The translations under genes and the position numbers were made by a program. A stretch of DNA of 64,000 nt from an uncultured Candidatus Saccharibacteria bacterium (GTDB lineage Bacteria > Patescibacteriota > Saccharimonadia > Saccharimonadales > EFPC-124): NCBI GenBank assembly GCA_964405095.1, contig CAYOML010000003.1:11072-75071 (forward strand). Direction: 5' to 3'. A model generated the notes under the pieces. It saw nothing but the letters and a program-made list of their open reading frames with translations, did no database searches and was not told where the DNA came from. This document shows positions 7,718 through 16,968 of this stretch, in pieces. The stretch's first letter is position 1. Each line of letters begins with the position of its first letter.

Positions 7718-9271
7718 ATGACACTACAAGACACCCTGACCTATCAACCGGTCGAACTAGCCTTTGGCACATCTGGCCTGCGAGCGTTAGTGACCGACAT
7801 GACCGATCTGGAATGCTACATCAACGGGATTGGTTTCTTGCGTTTTTTGGAATCGGCAGATGGGCTGGAACCTGGCAATATTGTGTATCTCGCCGGTGAC
7901 TTAAGGCAAAGTACGCCGCGGATTTTGGCGGCCATGCAAAAAGCGATTAGTGACGCTGGTTACCGCACGGTGTATTGTGGGCTGATTCCCACACCGGCCC
8001 TTGCCTACATTGCCTTACAAAAACACTCGCCATGCATCATGGTAACCGGCAGTCACATCCCGGAAGACCGCAACGGAATTAAATTTTACAAGCGCGCCGG
8101 TGAAGTACTGAAAGAAGACGAGCTAGGTATTAAAGAGGCTGTGGCTACTTTCCGAGAGGCTGTGTATTCGAGCGACGCCAAGGTTAGTGATTTTGGCTCA
8201 AGTGGTGATCTTTTACAACCCCCGGCCTTGCCAACCGAAGACGGCGAGGCGCTGGCTATGTATCTCAAACACTATACCGACGTATTTAATGCTAAAACTC
8301 TGGCCGGCGTCAAAGTAGTGTTTTATCAGCACTCATCGGTTGGCCGTGATTCGCTGTCTGGTCTACTACAAGACCTTGGTGCCGAGGTAATACTCACCGG
8401 CCGGTCCGATAAATTTGTACCGATCGACAGTGAAAACGTAACACCCGACGATCAAGCCTACTTTAAGGTTCTCGCTCGCCAACACCCCGATGCCTTTGCG
8501 ATTGTTTCGACCGATGGTGACAGTGACCGGCCATTTGTGGTCGACGAGCAAGGCGTCTTTCACCGCGGCGATGTGCTTGGGGCGATTAACGCCGATTGGA
8601 TGAAGGCCGATTTTGCGGCTTATCCAGTTAGCTCCAGCGATGCAGTCGACCACCATCTGAGTGATCGTAAAGTTGCTTGGCAACATACCCGGATTGGCTC
8701 GCCATATGTTATATCAGTGATGCAAGAAGCCGTGCTGGCTGGCCACGAGCGTGTGGTTGGTTGGGAGGTTAATGGCGGGCTGCTACTGGGTAGCGATATA
8801 GAAATGCGCCATCATAAAATCCTGAAGGCTCTGCCTACCCGCGATGCGATTCTGCCGATTATTGGCGCGCTAGTCATGGCTCATAGTAACAAACAATCTA
8901 TGTCCCAACTATTTGGCAGTCTGGAGCAGCGCTTTACCCAGGCCGGTTTGATTGATAATTTCTCCGGCGATGTCTATAAGTTGATTGCCGCCCGCTTTGC
9001 AGCCGATACATCGGATGTGCGCCGAGATCTGGGGCAGTACTTTAGTTCAGCCCGTGGCTTCGGCGAGATCACCCAGATTAACTCTTTGGACGGAGTACGC
9101 ATCTACTTTGATAACGGCGATATTGCTCACTTGCGCCAGTCCAACAATGCCCCCCAACTACGTATGTACAGTGTGGCTAACACGCAGGAGCGCGCCGACG
9201 CGATTGTGTCGCTGGCGATAGCCGAAGAGGGTGGAATTTTCCGCGAGTTGCAGGGGGCTGTGAGTGCGTAG
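7718..9271 (+). CDS. alpha-D-phosphohexomutase family protein (second paralog)
   Basis: 517 aa. VTGSHIPEDRNGIKF active-site loop; STDGDSDRP metal loop. Confidence 0.8.
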   Translation: MTLQDTLTYQPVELAFGTSGLRALVTDMTDLECYINGIGFLRFLESADGLEPGNIVYLAGDLRQSTPRILAAMQKAISDAGYRTVYCGLIPTPALAYIALQKHSPCIMVTGSHIPEDRNGIKFYKRAGEVLKEDELGIKEAVATFREAVYSSDAKVSDFGSSGDLLQPPALPTEDGEALAMYLKHYTDVFNAKTLAGVKVVFYQHSSVGRDSLSGLLQDLGAEVILTGRSDKFVPIDSENVTPDDQAYFKVLARQHPDAFAIVSTDGDSDRPFVVDEQGVFHRGDVLGAINADWMKADFAAYPVSSSDAVDHHLSDRKVAWQHTRIGSPYVISVMQEAVLAGHERVVGWEVNGGLLLGSDIEMRHHKILKALPTRDAILPIIGALVMAHSNKQSMSQLFGSLEQRFTQAGLIDNFSGDVYKLIAARFAADTSDVRRDLGQYFSSARGFGEITQINSLDGVRIYFDNGDIAHLRQSNNAPQLRMYSVANTQERADAIVSLAIAEEGGIFRELQGAVSA

Positions 9272-9306
9272 ATCTATAGACCTGAATACTCTCTATTTCC
9301 CCCACC

Positions 9307-9443
9307 CTGCAATTAAGCACCCTTAGTTATCTCAGGCGGCCAACATCGACAAAAGTCGATGCTTGGCATGCGGGAAGCATAGCCTTTGCTAACTAAGGGT
9401 GTTTAATTGCAGCTGACGTAAGTTTGTGGCACTCGTTGCCAAG
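9307..9443 (+). repeat. family A element, copy A2 (complete)
   Basis: 23-nt arms ctgcaattaagcacccttagtta / taactaagggtgtttaattgcag (one G-T pair) enclose a 60-nt core. The right flank is shared with A1. Confidence 0.85.
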
Positions 9444-9495
9444 CGACCTAAACTCAGCTTCATTTGCAAACGGGTACTTCCTAAATACAGCGCTA

Positions 9496-9594
9496 GCCGC
9501 GAGTGGCGCGAAGGAAGGGGTGCCCCAGTCGCGCGCAGCCAGTACCCTGGCGAGCACGTCTGGGGAAGGAAGCCTAAGCGACGAGGCTCGCGGT
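9496..9594 (+). repeat. family D element, copy D1
   Basis: Closing stem GCCGCGAG/CTCGCGGT. Internal pairings CCCCAG/CTGGGG and GCCAG-tacc-CTGGC. Blocks ggggtgcccc..gcgcgcagcc..ggcgagca..ggggaaggaa..ctaagcgacgagg are shared with 42002..42143. Confidence 0.8.
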
Positions 9595-9689
9595 ATGGCA
9601 GACTAGAGGGTGTGCTGCTGTATGTACTGCCGCAGGCAGTTCATGGGCTCGCGGGGTTGCAAGGGGGAGCGAAATTCAGAGCAAATGAA

Positions 9690-9716
9690 TTAGCACTCTT
9701 GCATTGACAGTGCTAA
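9690..9716 (+). promoter_or_regulatory. CIRCE operator (HrcA binding site) of the groES-groEL operon
   Basis: TTAGCACTC-ttgcattga-CAGTGCTAA, against the consensus TTAGCACTC-N9-GAGTGCTAA. It overlaps the groES promoter. Confidence 0.85.
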
Positions 9717-9728
9717 TTTCGTTATAGT
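9699..9728 (+). promoter_or_regulatory. groES promoter candidate (TTGCAT-18 nt-TATAGT)
   Basis: -35-like TTGCAT 9699..9704; -10 TATAGT 9723..9728; AGGAGG SD at 9757..9762. Confidence 0.5.
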
Positions 9729-9770
9729 AAAAATACTTACAGAAGAACTGCTAACCAGGAGGTTATAAGA

Positions 9771-10040
9771 ATGAGCGTAAGCATCAAACCGCTTGCCGAC
9801 CGCATTGTGGCTGTCCGCGAGGAAGCCGAAACCAAGACCGCTTCTGGGCTCTACCTGCCCGACGCCGCCAAAGAAAAACCAGTTGTCGCCAAAGTTGTGG
9901 CCGTTGGTAAAGACGTCAAAGAAGTAAAAATAGGGGACCGCGTAGTTTACCGCGAATATGCGCCAACCGAACTCAAGACCGGTGGTCAAGAATATTTGAT
10001 TCTAAAAGAAGAAGACGTCCTGGCGACGCTCGCAAAATAG
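9771..10040 (+). CDS. groES: co-chaperonin GroES
   Basis: 89 aa. IKPLADRIV..ASGLYLPD..GKV.AVG, the typical Cpn10 pattern, directly upstream of groEL. Confidence 0.95.
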   Translation: MSVSIKPLADRIVAVREEAETKTASGLYLPDAAKEKPVVAKVVAVGKDVKEVKIGDRVVYREYAPTELKTGGQEYLILKEEDVLATLAK

Positions 10041-10052
10041 GAGGATTTTTAA

Positions 10053-11699
10053 ATGGCTAAAAAAGTTTTTTACGATGACGATGCCCGCCGCCGAGTGCTT
10101 GGCGGAGCAAAGACGTTATACGACGCTGTAAAAGTTACAATGGGTCCTAAAGGCCGAAACGTAATTATTAGTAAAACCTACGGTGGCCCGACCGTTACCC
10201 ACGATGGTGTAACTGTAGCTAAGGGTATCGAACTGCCCGAAGAAGACAACGAAGAACTAGGTTTTAAAGTTGGCGCCGAGCTTATCAAGCAAGCTGCCAA
10301 CAAAATGAACGACGTAGCCGGTGACGGTACGACCACTGTTACTGTGCTAACTTACACCATTTTGGCCGAAGCCAATCGCCTAATTGCTGCTGGCCACAAC
10401 CCAATGGAACTGCGCAAAGGTGTCGAAGCCGCTGGCACCGAAGTGCTGGCTAAACTGGCTAGCATGGCCGAGCAAATCGGTAGCAAGAAAGAACGCGTGG
10501 CCGAAGTCGCCACGATTAGCGCTGGTGACGCGGAAATTGGCAAATTAATAGCCGATGTGATCAGCAAGATCGGCAAAGACGGCGTTGTAACCGTTGAAGA
10601 GGGCCAAGGTCTGCACCTTGAGGCCGAAGTTGTCGAAGGCTTTACCATGGATCGCGGCTTTGTGAGCCCCTACATGGTAACCGACGCCGCACGCATGGAA
10701 GCTGTTTACGACAAGCCGGCCATCGTAATTACCGACGAAAAGATCAGCAGTGTGCAACAATTCTTGCCACTACTCGAAAAACTCGCTCAAGCTGGCAAAA
10801 AAGATCTAATCTTGGTTGCCGAAGATGTTGAAGGCGAAGTCATGGCTACATTAATCCTTAACAAACTTAAGGGTGTGTTTAACACAGTGGCCGTTAAGGC
10901 CCCTGCCTTCGGCGACCGTCGCAAAGACATGCTTCAGGACTTGGCGGTTTTGACTGGCGCCCAAGTTATTAGTAAAGACCAAGGCGTAACCTTTGAAGAC
11001 GCCGAGCTAAGTATGGTAGGTAGTGCCCGCAAGGTAATTGTTGGTAAAGACAACACTACTATCATTGAAGGTGCGGGTTCGGCTGCCGACGTGACCGCGC
11101 GAATTAAGCAAATCAAAGCCCAGGCCGAAGCCGCTAGTAGCGAGTATGATAAAGAAAACTACGAAAAACGGGCTGCAGCCTTAAGTGGTAAGGTTGCCGT
11201 CATTAAAGTCGGTGGCGCCACCGAAACCGAGATCGAAGAAAAGAAATTCCGTGTCGACGACGCTGTGGCTGCCACCAAAGCTGCTCTGGCCGAGGGTGTG
11301 GTAGCTGGTGGTGGTGTGACATTTGTTGATCTCAGCAAAACACTCAAAGTTACCGGTAACGACAGCGCAGCCGCTGGCCATCAGTTGCTTAAAAACGCTC
11401 TATTGCAGCCTTTCCGACAGTTGATGAGCAATGCTGGTATGAACGCCGACGAAAAGTTGCCACAAGTGGTTGCCAGTAGCAAACCAGGCTACGGCTTCGA
11501 CGTCAACAACGCCGACAAGCTGATCGACCTTAAAGTGGCAGGTATTGTTGACCCGGCGCGGGTAGCCAAAGAAGCTATCCAAAATGCCGTCAGTATTGCC
11601 GCTACAGCCATGACCATGGGTGCCCTGGTGGTTGATATTCCCAAAGAAGAATCAGCTCCAGGCGGTGGCGGTGGCATGCCTGGTATGGGCATGATGTAA
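10053..11699 (+). CDS. groEL: chaperonin GroEL
   Basis: 548 aa. AGDGTTTVTVL motif and a GGM-type C-terminal tail (GGGGGMPGMGMM). Confidence 0.97.
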   Translation: MAKKVFYDDDARRRVLGGAKTLYDAVKVTMGPKGRNVIISKTYGGPTVTHDGVTVAKGIELPEEDNEELGFKVGAELIKQAANKMNDVAGDGTTTVTVLTYTILAEANRLIAAGHNPMELRKGVEAAGTEVLAKLASMAEQIGSKKERVAEVATISAGDAEIGKLIADVISKIGKDGVVTVEEGQGLHLEAEVVEGFTMDRGFVSPYMVTDAARMEAVYDKPAIVITDEKISSVQQFLPLLEKLAQAGKKDLILVAEDVEGEVMATLILNKLKGVFNTVAVKAPAFGDRRKDMLQDLAVLTGAQVISKDQGVTFEDAELSMVGSARKVIVGKDNTTIIEGAGSAADVTARIKQIKAQAEAASSEYDKENYEKRAAALSGKVAVIKVGGATETEIEEKKFRVDDAVAATKAALAEGVVAGGGVTFVDLSKTLKVTGNDSAAAGHQLLKNALLQPFRQLMSNAGMNADEKLPQVVASSKPGYGFDVNNADKLIDLKVAGIVDPARVAKEAIQNAVSIAATAMTMGALVVDIPKEESAPGGGGGMPGMGMM

Positions 11700-11707
11700 T
11701 CCTGGCC

Positions 11708-11753
11708 AGCACAATATTAAAAGACCTCGCACGAGGTCTTTTAATATTGTGCT
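11708..11753 (+). terminator. intrinsic terminator-like hairpin after groEL
   Basis: ~21-bp inverted repeat agcacaatattaaaagacctcg / cgaggtcttttaatattgtgct, followed by tatt. Confidence 0.6.
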
Positions 11754-11831
11754 TATTATGGGTTATCCGGTGCGGACGCGTCATTTTCGGAAACATTATT
11801 TTTTGCTCGGTTCCAGTACAATAATATAAGC

Positions 11832-12179
11832 ATGACCTTTTACTCGCAGGTTAGTCACGAGGCCTTCGAAAAGATTAAATCCGGCAAGCGCATAATCGAA
11901 CCGCGTCTTAACGACGAGGCTCATAAGCAAGTTCGGCCGGGTGATCTTTTAGTTTTGACCGATCGCGAAACCAAAAAAGAGCTGGTTGCCAAAGTGGTGG
12001 GCGTGCTGCGCTACCCCAGTTTTGTCGAGATGTTCCACATTAATCACATTGGTCGATTTGGCAGTGATGACGAACTCGAGCTTCTAGGCGAGATGCATCA
12101 TTACTACACAACTGCACAAGAGATAGCCCATGGCGTATTGGGTATTAAGCTGCATGTTCTTAAATCTGGTAGAATTTAG
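11832..12179 (+). CDS. ASCH domain protein
   Basis: 115 aa. EKIKSGKRIIEPRLND..VRPGDLLVL pattern typical of the ASCH/PUA-like fold. Confidence 0.6.
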   Translation: MTFYSQVSHEAFEKIKSGKRIIEPRLNDEAHKQVRPGDLLVLTDRETKKELVAKVVGVLRYPSFVEMFHINHIGRFGSDDELELLGEMHHYYTTAQEIAHGVLGIKLHVLKSGRI

Positions 12180-12182
12180 GTA

Positions 12183-12704
12183 ATGGAAGTAAGGTTTTGC
12201 CGACGCTGTGGCGCTAAGTTGGAATCCAAGGGCCACGGCGCGTACCACTGCGCCAACGGCCACACGATATACCAAAAGGCTTCACCGGCAGCCGGCGCAT
12301 TGTTGCTTAACAATCGCCAAGAGGTACTGTTATCGGTACGCGGTATCGAGCCAGACAAAGATATGCTCGACACTCCTGGCGGTTTTTGCGATCCAGACGA
12401 GTCGCTACTTGAGGCTCTGAGCCGCGAGTTACAGGAAGAGGTAGGTCTTAAACCCAGCGATTACTCCGAGTTAAAGTACCTAACTGACGCAGTTAATATC
12501 TACGATTATCAAGGCGAAGCAACTAAAGCGAATCATGTAGTATTCTGGGGTTACTTGAAAGACGGTGCGGAAATTACAGTGGGAGATGATGTGACCGGCG
12601 TCGAATGGATACCTTTGAAAGATGTAGATATTAATCGCATATCTGTGAACGCAGAAAGCGATCGCAAAGCGATTAAAGCGCTGCAGAAAATATTCGGCTT
12701 GTAA
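12183..12704 (+). CDS. NUDIX hydrolase with N-terminal zinc ribbon (NudC-like architecture)
   Basis: 173 aa. CRRCG..HCANGH ribbon; Nudix box GGFCDPDESLLEALSRELQEEVGL. Confidence 0.75.
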   Translation: MEVRFCRRCGAKLESKGHGAYHCANGHTIYQKASPAAGALLLNNRQEVLLSVRGIEPDKDMLDTPGGFCDPDESLLEALSRELQEEVGLKPSDYSELKYLTDAVNIYDYQGEATKANHVVFWGYLKDGAEITVGDDVTGVEWIPLKDVDINRISVNAESDRKAIKALQKIFGL

Positions 12705-12707
12705 GCT

Positions 12708-13394
12708 CTATCGTTTGGCGCTAAAGTAGTCGACTTCTTTAATTATGTCCAGCAACGCCTGGGCGCGCTTAGTTTCGTCGTCAATATTTTTAGCGGCAGC
12801 GTGGGCCTCGTCGAGCAGGCTTTGGTCGTCGGTTGAGCGAATAATCAGCAGTAAGGTGTCAAATTTTTCCTCTGGTGCGAGCTTAAGTTTGCCAACCAGT
12901 GGCTTGAGCTCTTCCAGGGCCGAAGCCTTGATTTTATCCAGACCACTGTCACCAGTCGAAACAGGTTTGTAAGCAGTATCGTCGTGGCTGGGTTCATCGA
13001 CGGCTGGTTCGGCCGGGGGTTCCTCGTATTTGAGAGCTGATTCGGCTGGTTTTTTATCATCTTCCTCACCGCCTTGGCCCATGTGCTTGCCGTGGGTGTG
13101 GTGCACGCTTGGTAGCCCTGGCTCTGGCTCGGTTTCTTCTTTGTCTTCTTCGGCGGGTTGATTAACTGATGGGCTCGGCTGAATGCTAGCTGGTTCGGCT
13201 CCCGGAAGTGGTGGCGTGGGCATACCGGCCAGGGGGTCACCAAGTTGACCGGTTGGTGCCGGCATCATTGTTGGCGCAGGTTGGTCACCATCGCCAGGTG
13301 CGGGAGTTTCTTCAAATTGCAAGCCGCCATTTAATGTTTTGGCGAGTTCGTCATCGCCGTTCATCGGCGGATGCTGCTGCGTATCTTCGTCCAT
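12708..13394 (-). CDS. hypothetical acidic, proline-rich protein
   Basis: 228 aa. Low-complexity P/E/D-rich N-terminal two thirds and a helical C-terminal ~80 aa. No family recognised. Confidence 0.5.
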   Translation of the reverse strand: MDEDTQQHPPMNGDDELAKTLNGGLQFEETPAPGDGDQPAPTMMPAPTGQLGDPLAGMPTPPLPGAEPASIQPSPSVNQPAEEDKEETEPEPGLPSVHHTHGKHMGQGGEEDDKKPAESALKYEEPPAEPAVDEPSHDDTAYKPVSTGDSGLDKIKASALEELKPLVGKLKLAPEEKFDTLLLIIRSTDDQSLLDEAHAAAKNIDDETKRAQALLDIIKEVDYFSAKR

Positions 13395-13523
13395 GTCCCA
13401 CCTCTTCTTAAAAGCTTACGCTAAATCTTTATTACACTGTACCACACCGCCCGTGCGTGAGAAAATAGGAGTGTCGAAGGTTGCGTTGCAGCCACACCGG
13501 AGTCTACCAAATAAGGAGGAACC

Positions 13524-14555
13524 ATGCTCGACGATCTTAAGGTTATCAAACAGCGCGACCCACAAGGTTATCTAGCATTTGTGGCTAGTCAACCAGAGCA
13601 ACTTAAGTATAAATTTGGGATTACCACTGAACATTTTCCAAAACAGATCGACGAAGTCGTCTTTGCTGGCATGGGTGGTAGTTCGCTTGTGGCAGAGCTT
13701 GCCCGTACTTGGCCGAAGCTGAAAGAGCCGCTAGAAATCATTAAAGGTTACAAATTGCCTGAATTTGTCGATGAGAATACGTTGGTTATTTGCGCCAGTT
13801 ATTCGGGCAACACTGAAGAAACCCTAGAATGCTTGGCCCAAGCCCGCGCTAGTAAAGCTCAAATCGCGATCATTGCCCATGGCGGAAAGTTAGCCGCCGC
13901 TGCACGCGAGCATGGCGATGTGTACGCCGAGCTGCCTGAGTGTCAGCAACCACGTGTCGGTGTATTCTATGCCTACCGCGCAGTGATAGAAATCTTGTTT
14001 GCTGCCGGACTAGTTCCCAAAGCCGATATCAACGAACTGGGGGCGTTAGTGGAGCCGCTTGAAGCGGCAATTGCCGGCTGGAAAGCTGCCGTACCCGAAG
14101 CCCATAACCAAGCCAAGCAACTTGCCGAAGCAATGGTTGGCAAGACACCCATTATTTACGGCGGCCCACTGATGTTCCCGGCGGCCTACAAATGGAAGAT
14201 AGACGTCAACGAAAACGCCAAGAACACTGCTTGGTGCGGTGCCCTGCCAGAATTCAACCATAACGAATTCATCGGCTGGAGCAGCCACCCAATCGAGAAA
14301 CCGTTTGCTGTGATCGATCTAATTTCGAGTTTTGAGCACCCTCGCGTGTTGCGTCGCTTTGAAGTTAGTGATCGCTTGCTTTCCGGCATGCGCCCCAAGT
14401 CGCTCAACATCCAAGCCAAAGGCAAAAGCCCGCTAGAGCATCTCCTGTACCTGGTCTTACTTGGAGATTTTGCGACTACCTATCTGGCGTTGTTGAACGG
14501 TGTTAATCCATCGCCAGTCGATCTTGTAGAGAAGTTCAAAAAAGAACTTGGGTGA
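13524..14555 (+). CDS. bifunctional phosphoglucose/phosphomannose isomerase (SIS domain, PGI/PMI family)
   Basis: 343 aa. GMGGSSLVAE and CASYSGNTEET SIS motifs. AAGGAGG SD upstream. Confidence 0.8.
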   Translation: MLDDLKVIKQRDPQGYLAFVASQPEQLKYKFGITTEHFPKQIDEVVFAGMGGSSLVAELARTWPKLKEPLEIIKGYKLPEFVDENTLVICASYSGNTEETLECLAQARASKAQIAIIAHGGKLAAAAREHGDVYAELPECQQPRVGVFYAYRAVIEILFAAGLVPKADINELGALVEPLEAAIAGWKAAVPEAHNQAKQLAEAMVGKTPIIYGGPLMFPAAYKWKIDVNENAKNTAWCGALPEFNHNEFIGWSSHPIEKPFAVIDLISSFEHPRVLRRFEVSDRLLSGMRPKSLNIQAKGKSPLEHLLYLVLLGDFATTYLALLNGVNPSPVDLVEKFKKELG

Positions 14556-14564
14556 TATAAGAGA

Positions 14565-15002
14565 ATGAGTGTCATCCCAAAATTTGACCCAAAACAATTT
14601 GTTACCGAGCCATACGTTAAGCGTGTTGAAAAGCCTTGGGGTTACGAGCTGCACTGGGTACCAGAGGGGCTGCCGTACATGGGTAAGCTGCTGCATATCA
14701 ATGCTGGCGCGCGCTTGAGTCTGCAGGTACATGATGTCAAACAAGAAGCCTATTTCATAATCAGTGGTCGCGGCGCGCTGATATGGGAGGACGCAACAGG
14801 GAAGTTAATAGAAACCGAACTAAAGCCTGATGTTGGCTACAGGACAAGCGTTGGACAAAAACATCGCCTGAAAGGCATAACAGCTTGTGATATAGCTGAG
14901 GCTTCCACTCCAGAAGCCGGTACTACTTGGAGACTGGAAGATGACTACGCCCGGCCACACGAAACCCCCGAGCAGCGTAAGAAAGAACGCGGCGAGGCAT
15001 AG
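14565..15002 (+). CDS. cupin domain protein (type II phosphomannose isomerase C-terminal cupin-like)
   Basis: 145 aa. KPWGYELHW and SLQVHDVKQEAYFIISG cupin motifs. Confidence 0.6.
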   Translation: MSVIPKFDPKQFVTEPYVKRVEKPWGYELHWVPEGLPYMGKLLHINAGARLSLQVHDVKQEAYFIISGRGALIWEDATGKLIETELKPDVGYRTSVGQKHRLKGITACDIAEASTPEAGTTWRLEDDYARPHETPEQRKKERGEA

Positions 15003-15182
15003 CACCGTATGTGCCAGCCCGATCTGTACAACCACCCATAACGGTGTTATGCTAAGGGTTCAGGGGAAAATAGCAAGTTAACTGGCGGTGTGACCAAGCG
15101 CCCTCTGCGCCTCGGTCATAAGTTACACATCTTTACTTTGGTGTTGTGGCAGCTGCCAGATAATGTAAAGGTTATTTAGTTT

Positions 15183-16964
15183 ATGTGTGGAATATTTGGC
15201 TATATTGGTCATAAAAACACGGCCAGCGAAGTTGTTATTGAAGGGCTCAAGCGCCTAGACTATCGCGGTTACGACTCATGGGGAGTCGGGCTGGTAGCAA
15301 ACGACAAAATAGTCGTTGAAAAAGAAGCTGGTAAAATTACTGATGTTAAAGTCATGGCAAAGATGCCAAAAGGCAGTTGTGCGCTGGCACACACCCGTTG
15401 GGCAACCACCGGCGCAGTTACTCAGGTTAATGCTCATCCGCATTTAAGTAGTGATAAATCGTTTGCTTTGGTGCAGAACGGCATTGTCGAGAATTTCGAA
15501 GAGCTAAAGAAAGTTATGCTCAAAAAAAGTTATACCTTTAAGAGCGAGACCGATACCGAGGTCATTGTTCGCTTGGTCGAAGAAGCACTAAAGACTAAGG
15601 CAAACTTTGTCGAAGCCTTAAGAATGGCCTTTTTGCAGTTGCATGGTCGCAACACTGTAGCTGCTGTCACGAACAAAGGCGAGATTTTCGCTGCCCGCAA
15701 CGGTTCACCACTGGTAGTTGGGCTAAATTCTAAGACTAAAGAAGTCTTTCTGTCTTCGGATGTGCTGTCATTCGCGCCGCTAGCCGACAAAATGATAGTC
15801 GTCGACAACAATCAGATGGTCACCATCGGTAAAACGGGTGCGGTTAAGCTGTTTGACGCCCAAACCGGCAAGCCATCGAGCTACAAATTAGAGGACGTGA
15901 CCATTAAGGCCACTAAAATCGACAAAGAAGACTACGACCACTTTATGGCTAAGGAAATCCACGAAACGCCGTACACTGTCCGCCAGATTGTAATCCAAAG
16001 CCAAGCCAAGCTCGACCAGTTAGCCCAAGCAATCAAAACTGCCAAACACGTTTATGTAATCGGCTCGGGCACGGCCGGTGTTGCCGCAACCCAGATCGCC
16101 TTTTATCTGCGCATTTATGGCAATGTCAACGCTACCAGCCTGGTTGGCGCCGACTCCCGTAGCTATTACGATATTTTCCAAAGCGGCGATCTGATGATCG
16201 CTCCGTCACAAAGCGGCGAAACCGCCGATGTGATTGAAGTGCTCGAATACGCCAAGACCAAAGGCGTTAAAATCGCCTCGATCGTTAATATGCCTGGATC
16301 GATGATTAGCCGCATGTCGGATTACCCGTTCATGTGCAATGCCGGACCAGAAATTTGTGTTATGTCAACGAAAATCTTCAGCTCGCAAATCGCCTGGGGT
16401 TATCTGCTAGCCAAAGCCGTGCAAGGTAAATATCAAGTGGGGAAACAAAACCTGGAGCAAGCTGCCGAGGCCGTTCAAGCCTACCTAGATGACCATGCCA
16501 ATCACAATGCGATTAGTAAGTTGGCCGACATGCTGGCCAGCAAACAACACATTTTTTTGCTTGGCAAATACCAGGACTTAGCGGTGATTAACGAGGGCAT
16601 GGTCAAACTAATTGAGGCCACTTACCACCATGCTCACGCCGTCCCGGCCGGCGACCTCAAACACTACGCCATCACTTTGATGGAAGAGGGTGTGCCAGTG
16701 ATCGCCGTTGTCTCCAACGACATTGTTAAAGCCGATATAATGACCTCCATAAACGAAGTGCGCCTACGCGGGGCGGAGGTGATCGCCGTGGCTCATGAAA
16801 ATCATGACAACTACGATTACTTGTTACCAACTGCCGATACCGGCGAAACCGACGCTATAAGCAATGTAGTTCCTTTGCAGTTGCTGGCCTACTACATGGC
16901 TGTAAAACTTGGTAACAACGTCGACAAACCCCGCAATATTGCAAAGAGTGTGACCGTTAAGTAG
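15183..16964 (+). CDS. glmS: glutamine--fructose-6-phosphate aminotransferase
   Basis: 593 aa. N-terminal MCGIFGY nucleophile, two SIS domains, and a C-terminal KSVTVK-type end. Confidence 0.95.
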   Translation: MCGIFGYIGHKNTASEVVIEGLKRLDYRGYDSWGVGLVANDKIVVEKEAGKITDVKVMAKMPKGSCALAHTRWATTGAVTQVNAHPHLSSDKSFALVQNGIVENFEELKKVMLKKSYTFKSETDTEVIVRLVEEALKTKANFVEALRMAFLQLHGRNTVAAVTNKGEIFAARNGSPLVVGLNSKTKEVFLSSDVLSFAPLADKMIVVDNNQMVTIGKTGAVKLFDAQTGKPSSYKLEDVTIKATKIDKEDYDHFMAKEIHETPYTVRQIVIQSQAKLDQLAQAIKTAKHVYVIGSGTAGVAATQIAFYLRIYGNVNATSLVGADSRSYYDIFQSGDLMIAPSQSGETADVIEVLEYAKTKGVKIASIVNMPGSMISRMSDYPFMCNAGPEICVMSTKIFSSQIAWGYLLAKAVQGKYQVGKQNLEQAAEAVQAYLDDHANHNAISKLADMLASKQHIFLLGKYQDLAVINEGMVKLIEATYHHAHAVPAGDLKHYAITLMEEGVPVIAVVSNDIVKADIMTSINEVRLRGAEVIAVAHENHDNYDYLLPTADTGETDAISNVVPLQLLAYYMAVKLGNNVDKPRNIAKSVTVK

Positions 16965-16968
16965 TAAG

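Noticed and set aside
9496-9594. Family D as SRP (4.5S) RNA because of the ggggaaggaagc string, and family B as an HDV-like ribozyme because of gcacattccg followed by a hairpin
   Set aside because: The GGAA tetraloop closing pairs of SRP domain IV cannot be formed. Both elements are multi-copy and are enclosed by simple closing stems, which is incompatible with the nested double pseudoknot of HDV-like ribozymes. The resemblances are short strings only. Decisive test: cmsearch with RF00169 and RF00094.
9424-9707. ORFs 9424..9606 and 9426..9707 as small protein genes upstream of groES
   Set aside because: They are translations of the GC-rich A/D repeat modules, and two overlapping frames are open at once. 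They have no SD or promoter. The nucleotide differences between D1 and D2 preserve base pairing rather than amino acids.
10352-11692. Long antisense ORFs inside groEL, and similar ones inside pnp, polA, the proline-rich gene (54205..55062), pyrG, rnj and others
   Set aside because: They lie entirely within, and antisense to or out of frame with, strongly supported conserved genes. They have low-complexity, biased composition (Ser/Ala/Pro/Gly-rich), as expected from the complement of real coding sequence.
15003-15182. Possible glmS ribozyme in the 180-nt spacer upstream of glmS
   Set aside because: I could not find the conserved glmS ribozyme core strings (for example the GACGAGG-type core or the AGCGCCAGAACT-like 5' end). 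Only a loose aagcgcc is present. Decisive test: cmsearch with Rfam RF00234.
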